Of a stretch of DNA of 12,156 nt, positions 5,979 through 12,156 are shown piece after piece. The translations under genes were made by a program, and so were the position numbers. The notes under the pieces were generated by a model. The model searched no databases, was not told the origin of the DNA, and worked only from the letters and a program-made list of their open reading frames with translations. How positions within the stretch are numbered: the stretch's first letter is position 1; each line of letters opens with the position of its first letter. The stretch lies in the IMG/VR virus record IMGVR_UViG_2802429247_000008, positions 1 through 12,156 of that record; one strand, given 5' to 3'. This DNA is from a virus (Duplodnaviria > Heunggongvirae > Uroviricota > Caudoviricetes).

Positions 5979-8900
5979 ATGAGCACAAAACCACTCTTCC
6001 TGTTACGGAAAGCGAAAAAATCATCCGGTGAACCTGACGTCGTCCTGTGGGCAAGCGACGATTTTGAATCGACCTGTGCCACTCTGGACTACCTGATCGT
6101 TAAGTCAGGTAAAAAACTGAGCAGCTATTTTAAAGCTGTTGCCACGAATTTTCCTGTCGTTAATGACCTGCCCCCTGAAGGTGAGATCGATTTTACCTGG
6201 AGTGAACGCTATCAACTCAGCAAAGACTCCATGACCTGGGAACTAAAATCGGGAGCAGCGCCAGACGACGTTCACCATCAGGAGAATGCTCAGGAAACCG
6301 AAGAACTGACGGGAGGGCAGGAAGAAAACACACTGGCAGACGCTCACGGGGATTGCCAGGATTGCGAAGTTTCTGTATCTACTTTGCGGTTCACACAGCG
6401 TCTTCTGCACATTTTTACCTATGCGGCCGGGGATCGGAAATACCTGCATCATGCCACCCGAGAACAACGCGAACACATTACTGCTCTTGAGATGGATCAG
6501 GAAAACAGCTATGTCCAGAATCTGCTGTTGGCCATACGCGGCATGGCAGAACCGACAACTCTGGATAATGCCGCCCTGCTCCGCCTGACTGATGCAATTA
6601 AGGGGGTTTTCTCTATCACGAAAAAACATCAGCCCTATGAATTTAAGAATTTCATTTCAGCCTGGCTGGATACCGAACACATTGATCGCGGTCTTCTGAC
6701 AAAAGAATGGCGAAAAGGGAATCGTGTTTCACGCATCACTCGCACGGCTTCCGGTGCTAATGCTGGCGGCGGGAACCTCACCGATCGCGGCGAAGGTTTC
6801 GTCCACGATCTGACGTCACTGGCGCGCGATGTAGCCACTGGCGTACTGGCCCGTTCAATGGACGTGGACATCTATAACCTTCATCCGGCACACGCTAAAC
6901 GCATTGAGGAAATTATCGCTGAAAATAAACCGCCCTTTTCTGTTTTCCGCGACAAATTCATCACCATGCCTGGCGGGCTGGATTATTCACGCGCCATCGT
7001 GGTTGCGTCCGTGAAAGAAGCACCAATTGGGATCGAGGTCATCCCCGCGCACGTCACTGAATATCTGAACAAAGTACTGACTGAAACCGATCATGCCAAC
7101 CCTGATCCGGAAATCGTGGATATTGCCTGCGGTCGCTCCTCTGCCCCGATGCCGCAGCGTGTAACAGAAGAAGGAAAACAGGATGATGAAGAAAAACCGC
7201 AACCATCTGAAACAACGGCAGATGAACAGGGAGAGGCTGAAACAATGGAACCGGACGCAACTGAACATCATCAGGACACGCAGCCGCTGGATGCTCAGTC
7301 ACAGGTAAATTCTGTTGATGCGAAATATCAGGAACTGCGGGCAGAACTCCATGAAGCCCGGAAAAACATTCCATCAAAAAATCCTGTCGATGCCGATAAA
7401 TTGCTTGCTGCATCACGTGGTGAATTTGTTGACGGAATTAGCGACCCGAACGATCCGAAATGGGTTAAGGGGATCCAGACTCGCGATTCTGTGTACCAGA
7501 ACCAGCCAGAAACGGAAAAAACCAGCCCGGATGTGAAACAACCTGAGGCAGTAGTGCAACAGGAACCGGAAATAGTCTGCAATGCCTGCGGTCAGACTGG
7601 CGGAGATAACTGCCCTGACTGTGGGGCGGTGACGGGCGACGCAACATACCAGGAAACATTCGATGAAGAGAATCAGGTTGAAGCTAAGGAAAAAGATCCG
7701 GTGGAAATGGAAGGCGCTGAACATCCGCACAATGAGAATGCTGGCAGCGATCCGCATCGTGATTGCAGTGATGAAACTGGTGAAGCGTCAGCTCCTGTAG
7801 CAACTGAAATCATGTGGCCGTCATATTTCGAGCCTGGCCGCTATGAAAACCTCCCGAACGAGGTTTATCACTCCGCCAACGGAATAAGCAGCACGATGCT
7901 GAAGGATGCCCGTATCAGCCTGATGTATTACCACGGACGGCACATTGCCGGAACTATTCCGAACGAGGAAAGTGATGCACTGCTGCGTGGGCGGATCATT
8001 CACAGCTATGTTCTGGAAACGGATAAATTCGCTGATGAATATGCCATTCCGGTACCGGTTCCTGAATATGTGGTTACTACTTCTAGCGAACTGATCGCCA
8101 TCATTAAAAAACACAATGCCAGTCTGCCAGCACTGATGACACCAGAGCAGATGAAAGAGTGGATCGAAAGCTACAACAGCACTCTTATACAGCCACTGTC
8201 TGTAAGTGCCGGGGCCGAAGAAACAGGCATCCTTTACGGTTCGCTTCCGGTGGAATTTCGGCGTATTCCTGAGGGGGAAAAACACACAGCATCAGCAATG
8301 AAAGCCTGTATTAAAGAATACAACGCAAGCCTCCCTCCTCTGTTGAAAACCAGTGGAGCACGGGAGCAGCTTCTGGATCAAATTGAAACTGTAGACCCAG
8401 AACTGGCAAAAAAAGAACGTGCTAAATCTTTGCCTTACAACATCAGTGGCACAAAAGAGCAATTAACCGAAATCGCACGGAAAATTCGCCCGGAACTGGT
8501 GACACTGGAGGACTGGCAAAAACGCCAGCAAGAAGAAAATGCCGGGAAAACGTTTATCAGTCCGGAGATGTATGAACAGGCAAAAAATATTCACGCGGCA
8601 CTGCAAAACAATACCGATGCAGCAAGGCTACTCAACCACCCGGATCGCAAATCTGAAATCAGCTATTTCGGGTTTGATGAAGAAACCGGGCTGGAAATCA
8701 GGGTCCGTCCTGATATCGAAATCCGGCTGCCATACGAAAGCATTTGCGCTGACGTGAAGTCAGTCAGCCTCGGTTATGTGCGACAGGAACGACTTAAAGA
8801 TCGCCTGCACCGTGAAATTATTGAGCGTGATTATCACCTCAGCGCCGCAATGTATTGCGATGTGGCAAACCTGGACAAATTTTTCTGGATCTTCGTCAAC

Positions 8901-9101
8901 AAAGATGCTGGCTATCACTGGGTGGCAGTCGTGGAAGCCTCGCAGGAACTCCTGGAACTTGGTCGACAGGAATATCGCCGGACGCTACGCCAGATAAACG
9001 AAGCCCTGGAGACAAACAACTGGCCAGCACCGATTACCGAAAGTTATACCGACGAATTAAACGACTTTGATCTTCGTCGTCTTGAAGCACTGAGCATCTG
9101 A
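5979..9101 (+). CDS. recE: Exodeoxyribonuclease VIII (RecE-family 5'-3' dsDNA exonuclease), 1040 aa
   Basis: N-terminus [65 protein letters not shown] is the RecE start as I recall it. Long acidic linker. C-terminal PD-(D/E)xK-type motifs ([22 protein letters not shown]). SD GAGG upstream of ATG 5979. Confidence 0.88.
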   Translation: MSTKPLFLLRKAKKSSGEPDVVLWASDDFESTCATLDYLIVKSGKKLSSYFKAVATNFPVVNDLPPEGEIDFTWSERYQLSKDSMTWELKSGAAPDDVHHQENAQETEELTGGQEENTLADAHGDCQDCEVSVSTLRFTQRLLHIFTYAAGDRKYLHHATREQREHITALEMDQENSYVQNLLLAIRGMAEPTTLDNAALLRLTDAIKGVFSITKKHQPYEFKNFISAWLDTEHIDRGLLTKEWRKGNRVSRITRTASGANAGGGNLTDRGEGFVHDLTSLARDVATGVLARSMDVDIYNLHPAHAKRIEEIIAENKPPFSVFRDKFITMPGGLDYSRAIVVASVKEAPIGIEVIPAHVTEYLNKVLTETDHANPDPEIVDIACGRSSAPMPQRVTEEGKQDDEEKPQPSETTADEQGEAETMEPDATEHHQDTQPLDAQSQVNSVDAKYQELRAELHEARKNIPSKNPVDADKLLAASRGEFVDGISDPNDPKWVKGIQTRDSVYQNQPETEKTSPDVKQPEAVVQQEPEIVCNACGQTGGDNCPDCGAVTGDATYQETFDEENQVEAKEKDPVEMEGAEHPHNENAGSDPHRDCSDETGEASAPVATEIMWPSYFEPGRYENLPNEVYHSANGISSTMLKDARISLMYYHGRHIAGTIPNEESDALLRGRIIHSYVLETDKFADEYAIPVPVPEYVVTTSSELIAIIKKHNASLPALMTPEQMKEWIESYNSTLIQPLSVSAGAEETGILYGSLPVEFRRIPEGEKHTASAMKACIKEYNASLPPLLKTSGAREQLLDQIETVDPELAKKERAKSLPYNISGTKEQLTEIARKIRPELVTLEDWQKRQQEENAGKTFISPEMYEQAKNIHAALQNNTDAARLLNHPDRKSEISYFGFDEETGLEIRVRPDIEIRLPYESICADVKSVSLGYVRQERLKDRLHREIIERDYHLSAAMYCDVANLDKFFWIFVNKDAGYHWVAVVEASQELLELGRQEYRRTLRQINEALETNNWPAPITESYTDELNDFDLRRLEALSI

Positions 9102-9112
9102 GGAAGGACACA

Positions 9113-10165
9113 ATGAACGAATTAACTCAACAAGAAAATATTAACTCTAATGTTGCGGTTTTCAGCCCTCAGTCCCTGGCTGCAATTCAGACATTTTCCC
9201 AGGTAATGGCTTCCGGCATGGCTACTGTACCGGAACACCTCCGGGGAAATCCATCAGACTGCATGGCCATCACCATGCAGGCGATGCAGTGGCAAATGAA
9301 CCCTTACGCAGTAGCTCAGAAAACTTTCGTTGTGAATGGTGTGCTCGGATATGAAGCGCAACTGGTTAATGCCGTAATCAGTACTCGTGGGCCGCTAACC
9401 GGGCGTATTGAATATGACTGGTTCGGGCCGTGGGAAAAAATTATCGGGAAATTTGAAATCAGGAAGAGCGACAAAGGGAAAGAATATCGTGTACCTGGCT
9501 GGAAGCTGGCCGATGAAAACGGGATCGGTGTTCGTGTCCAGGCAACACTACGCGGCGAAAGTAAACCACGCGTACTGGAATTACTTCTGGCGCAGGCCAG
9601 AACACGTAACTCAACGCTATGGGCCGACGATCCTCGCCAGCAGCTTGCCTATCTAGCGCTGAAACGCTGGGCGCGCCTTTATTGCCCCGAAGTGATTCTT
9701 GGAGTGTACACCAGGGACGAACTGGACGAGCCACAGGAAAAAATCATTAATCCGGTTCAGGAACATAAAAACACTTCCGCTTGCCGCGCGGAACGTGAAA
9801 CAACAATTATTGAGCAGGATGCCGGGGAAAACTGGATCGATGCTTTCCGTGAACGTATTGAGCAGGCACAAAGCACCGGGGAAACAACAGCACTTCGCCA
9901 GGAAGTGGAAGATCATAAAAATACACTTGGCGCTCTCTATACGGAACTTAAAGGAAAAGTGGTTCAGCGTCATCACCGTCTCAATGCTATTGCCCGTATC
10001 GAGAAGATGATAAATGACCTACCTTCTTCAGGTGATCCAGAAGCAGAACAAAAATTTACTGCTCTGGAAAATACGCTGAATGCTGCCCGGCCACATCTGG
10101 GTGAATTATATGAGGCGTATAAAACGACACTGACAGATATGAAACCAGAATATATCGGCTCCTGA
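9113..10165 (+). CDS. Single-strand annealing protein of the RecT/Red-beta superfamily (Red-beta-like), 350 aa
   Basis: Immediately downstream of recE (11-nt gap, SD GAGGAAGGA). The segment WADDPRQQLAYLALKRWARLYCPEVILGVYTRDELDE resembles lambda Red-beta WQSHPKRMLRHKAMIQCARLAFGFAGIYDKDEAE. It does not resemble K-12 RecT as I remember it. Confidence 0.7.
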   Translation: MNELTQQENINSNVAVFSPQSLAAIQTFSQVMASGMATVPEHLRGNPSDCMAITMQAMQWQMNPYAVAQKTFVVNGVLGYEAQLVNAVISTRGPLTGRIEYDWFGPWEKIIGKFEIRKSDKGKEYRVPGWKLADENGIGVRVQATLRGESKPRVLELLLAQARTRNSTLWADDPRQQLAYLALKRWARLYCPEVILGVYTRDELDEPQEKIINPVQEHKNTSACRAERETTIIEQDAGENWIDAFRERIEQAQSTGETTALRQEVEDHKNTLGALYTELKGKVVQRHHRLNAIARIEKMINDLPSSGDPEAEQKFTALENTLNAARPHLGELYEAYKTTLTDMKPEYIGS

Positions 10166-10175
10166 TATTGACTTT

Positions 10176-10213
10176 GGCGGTGTAGCCTCACCGCCATCAC
10201 AAAATTTTATTTT
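10176..10213 (+). terminator. Hairpin with distal T-rich tract after the annealase gene (weak terminator or attenuator candidate)
   Basis: Stem GGCGGTG (10176-10182) and CACCGCC (10189-10195) around a 6-nt loop. The T-rich tract AAAATTTTATTTT starts 5 nt later, so it is not a textbook terminator. Confidence 0.3.
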
Positions 10214-10228
10214 ATGAGAGAAAAGACA

Positions 10229-10423
10229 ATGCGGTATGAAAAAGTCAAACCATGCCCTTTTTGTGGTTGTCCATCAGTAACGGTGAAAGCCATTTCAGGA
10301 TATTACCGCGCGAAGTGTAACGGATGCGAATCCCGAACCGGCTATGGTGGAAGTGAAAAAGAAGCACTCGAACGATGGAATAAACGAACCACTGGAAATA
10401 ATAATGGAGGTGTTCATGTATAA
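10229..10423 (+). CDS. ralR: Restriction alleviation protein (Lar/RalR family), 64 aa
   Basis: Product MRYEKVKPCPFCGCPSVTVKAISGYYRAKCNGCESRTGYGGSEKEALERWNKRT has the CPFCG ... CNGC zinc-ribbon typical of Lar. The supplied ORF starts 5 codons upstream at 10214; the ATG at 10229 is chosen by homology. Confidence 0.8.
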   Translation: MRYEKVKPCPFCGCPSVTVKAISGYYRAKCNGCESRTGYGGSEKEALERWNKRTTGNNNGGVHV

Positions 10424-10604
10424 AATTACCGCCACTATTGAAAAGGAAGGTGGCACTCCTACTAACTGGACAAGGTACTCAAAAACAAAATTAACCAAAT
10501 CAGAATGCGAAAAAATGCTCTCAGGTAAAAAAGAAGCAGGCGTTTCCAGAGAGCAGAAAGTAAAACTGATAAATTTTAATTGCGAGCAACTTCAGTCCTC
10601 GTGA
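10416..10604 (+). CDS. ydaC: YdaC-like protein (DUF1187), 62 aa
   Basis: ATG at 10416 with GGAGG 5 nt upstream; overlaps the ralR 3' end by 8 nt. Product MYKITATIEKEGGTPTNWTRYSKTKLTKSECEKMLSGKKEAGVSREQKVKLINFNCEQLQSS. The supplied ORF 10344-10604 carries an N-terminal extension I consider spurious. Confidence 0.62.
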   Translation: MYKITATIEKEGGTPTNWTRYSKTKLTKSECEKMLSGKKEAGVSREQKVKLINFNCEQLQSS

Positions 10605-10703
10605 ATTGCATTGTATTCAAATTAAAACTTCATAGCTGATTATTAATAATCAACATCGGGCGTCAATTTCAGTCTAACATTGGCGCCTGCCAGAGGTGAT
10701 GCG

Positions 10704-10919
10704 ATGGCACAAGTAATCTTTAATGAAGAGTGGATGGTTGAATACGGCCTGATGCTTCGCACTGGTCTGGGGGCCAGACAAATTGAAGCATACCGCCAGA
10801 ACTGTTGGGTGGAAGGCTTCCACTTCAAACGAGTATCTCCTTTAGGGAAGCCAGACAGTAAGCGAGGGATTATCTGGTACAACTATCCAAAGATAAATCA
10901 GTTTATCAAAGACTCATGA
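10704..10919 (+). CDS. xis: Excisionase-like protein (Rac YdaQ/XisR type), 71 aa
   Basis: ATG at 10704 with GAGGTG 4 nt upstream. Product [49 protein letters not shown].... Ends 1 nt before the integrase start. Confidence 0.72.
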   Translation: MAQVIFNEEWMVEYGLMLRTGLGARQIEAYRQNCWVEGFHFKRVSPLGKPDSKRGIIWYNYPKINQFIKDS

Positions 10920-10920
10920 T

Positions 10921-12156
10921 ATGTCTAAATTACCAACAGGTGTCGAGATTCGAGGTAAATACATTCGCATCTGGTTCATGTTTCGAGGAAAACGATGTCG
11001 GGAAACATTGAAAGGCTGGGAGGTTACTAACAGTAACATTAAAAAAGCCGGGAATTTAAGAGCGTTGATAGTTCATGAAATCAATTCCGGTGAATTTGAG
11101 TATTTAAGACGTTTCCCCCAGTCCAGCACTGGGGCAAAAATGGTGACAACGAGGGTCATAAAAACGTTCGGGGAGCTTTGTGATATCTGGACAAAAATTA
11201 AAGAGACAGAGTTAACAACAAACACAATGAAGAAAACGAAATCACAATTAAAAACACTCAGGATAATAATTTGTGAGAGTACCCCAATATCACATATTCG
11301 TTATAGCGATATCTTAAACTACCGGAATGAACTGCTGCATGGAGAAACGCTTTACCTGGATAATCCAAGATCCAACAAAAAAGGAAGAACCGTGCGCACA
11401 GTTGATAACTATATCGCCCTGCTCTGTTCGTTGTTACGTTTTGCGTATCAGTCGGGATTTATATCAACCAAACCATTTGAAGGAGTAAAAAAATTACAGC
11501 GAAACAGAATAAAGCCTGATCCGTTATCTAAAACAGAATTCAATGCATTAATGGAAAGTGAAAAAGGACAGAGCCAGAACTTGTGGAAATTTGCCGTTTA
11601 CTCCGGGCTTCGTCACGGGGAACTGGCTGCTCTGGCGTGGGAGGATGTGGATTTCGAGAAGGGAATTGTGAATGTCAGAAGAAACCTGACGATACTTGAT
11701 ATGTTCGGTCCCCCAAAAACAAATGCGGGGATTCGGACGGTAACACTACTGCGGCCTGCTATTGAAGCACTGAAGGAGCAATACAAACTAACCGGGCATC
11801 ATCGCAAAAGCGAAATCACTTTTTATCATCGGGAGTACGGCAGAACCGAAAAGCAAAAACTGCATTTTGTTTTCATGCCCAGGGTGTGTAACGGAAAACA
11901 GAAACCTTATTACTCGGTAAGCAGTCTGGGGGCGAGATGGAATGCAGCAGTAAAACGTGCTGGTATTCGCCGCCGTAATCCGTACCATACGCGGCATACT
12001 TTTGCCTGCTGGTTGTTGACGGCAGGAGCGAACCCGGCATTTATAGCCAGCCAGATGGGGCATGAAACTGCGCAGATGGTGTATGAAATTTACGGTATGT
12101 GGATTGATGACATGAACGACGAACAGGTAGCTATGTTGAATGCGCGGTTATCGTAG
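10921..12156 (+). CDS. intR: Tyrosine-family site-specific integrase (Rac IntR-like), 411 aa, complete
   Basis: C-terminal catalytic-domain motifs (LRHGELAALAWEDVDF; NPYHTRHTFACWLLTAGANPAFIASQMGHETAQMVYEIYGMW). ATG at 10921 sits 1 nt after the xis stop. The TAG stop is the final triplet of the window. Confidence 0.9.
   Translation: MSKLPTGVEIRGKYIRIWFMFRGKRCRETLKGWEVTNSNIKKAGNLRALIVHEINSGEFEYLRRFPQSSTGAKMVTTRVIKTFGELCDIWTKIKETELTTNTMKKTKSQLKTLRIIICESTPISHIRYSDILNYRNELLHGETLYLDNPRSNKKGRTVRTVDNYIALLCSLLRFAYQSGFISTKPFEGVKKLQRNRIKPDPLSKTEFNALMESEKGQSQNLWKFAVYSGLRHGELAALAWEDVDFEKGIVNVRRNLTILDMFGPPKTNAGIRTVTLLRPAIEALKEQYKLTGHHRKSEITFYHREYGRTEKQKLHFVFMPRVCNGKQKPYYSVSSLGARWNAAVKRAGIRRRNPYHTRHTFACWLLTAGANPAFIASQMGHETAQMVYEIYGMWIDDMNDEQVAMLNARLS

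Noticed and set aside
6243-8997. Internal and antisense ORFs inside recE (6243-6629, 6635-6871, 6987-7271, 7054-7416, 7315-7536, 7328-7582, 7413-7757, 7465-7659, 7821-8285, 8539-8757, 8776-8997, 8855-9070)
   Set aside because: All lie within the long, uninterrupted RecE reading frame. None has an independent signal.
9408-10200. Internal and antisense ORFs inside the annealase gene (9408-9656, 9459-9734, 9653-9976, 9699-10010, 9973-10200)
   Set aside because: Shadow ORFs of the 350-aa annealase CDS.
10295-10498. Minus-strand 67-aa ORF across the ralR/ydaC junction
   Set aside because: Antisense to two recognisable plus-strand genes.
5124-10703. Longer upstream starts offered by the ORF track (5124 for kilR, 5554 for racC, 10214 for ralR, 10344 for ydaC, 10680 for xis)
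   Set aside because: Downstream ATGs have better SD spacing and give products matching the expected Rac protein lengths. The longer forms remain possible.
10643-10882. Minus-strand 79-aa ORF overlapping the excisionase gene
   Set aside because: Antisense shadow. The plus-strand product is a recognisable excisionase-like protein.
11788-12063. Minus-strand 91-aa ORF inside the integrase gene
   Set aside because: Antisense shadow of the integrase CDS.
1-12156. Searched for tRNA or tmRNA genes, CRISPR repeats, IS inverted repeats and nut-like boxA/boxB
   Set aside because: No cloverleaf-compatible or T-loop-like sequences, no regularly spaced direct repeats apart from the iteron-like array, no transposase ORF, and no recognisable boxA.

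Overview
This window reads as the early, immunity and integration half of a Rac-like lambdoid prophage from an enterobacterium. All family calls are from reading the translations by eye; no database search was run. Gene content and order mirror the E. coli Rac element: replication genes, ydaT, a cro-like gene, the repressor, ydaG, ydaF, sieB (opposite strand), kilR, ydaE, racC, recE, an annealase, ralR, ydaC, xis and int. Positions 1-2897 carry a minus-strand operon: a Cro-like (YdaS-family) regulator, YdaT, a replication initiator with iteron-like repeats inside its own coding sequence, a 138-aa unknown, a DUF4406 protein and the start of an Ea22-like gene. Positions 2898-3737 form the immunity switch: a cI-like HTH plus S24-peptidase repressor flanked by two near-identical 20-bp operator-like sites that overlap predicted promoters. 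Positions 3738-12156 are a plus-strand early-left operon ending in an excisionase and a complete tyrosine integrase whose stop codon is the last triplet of the window, so the attachment site should lie just outside. I found no rRNA, tRNA, CRISPR array or IS element, and no clearly novel multi-gene system. The most unusual items are the candidate intragenic origin, a repressor with the catalytic Ser/Lys dyad but no Ala-Gly or Cys-Gly cleavage dipeptide, a large RecE paired with a Red-beta-like rather than RecT-like annealase, and a small cluster of uncharacterised accessory genes at the left edge.
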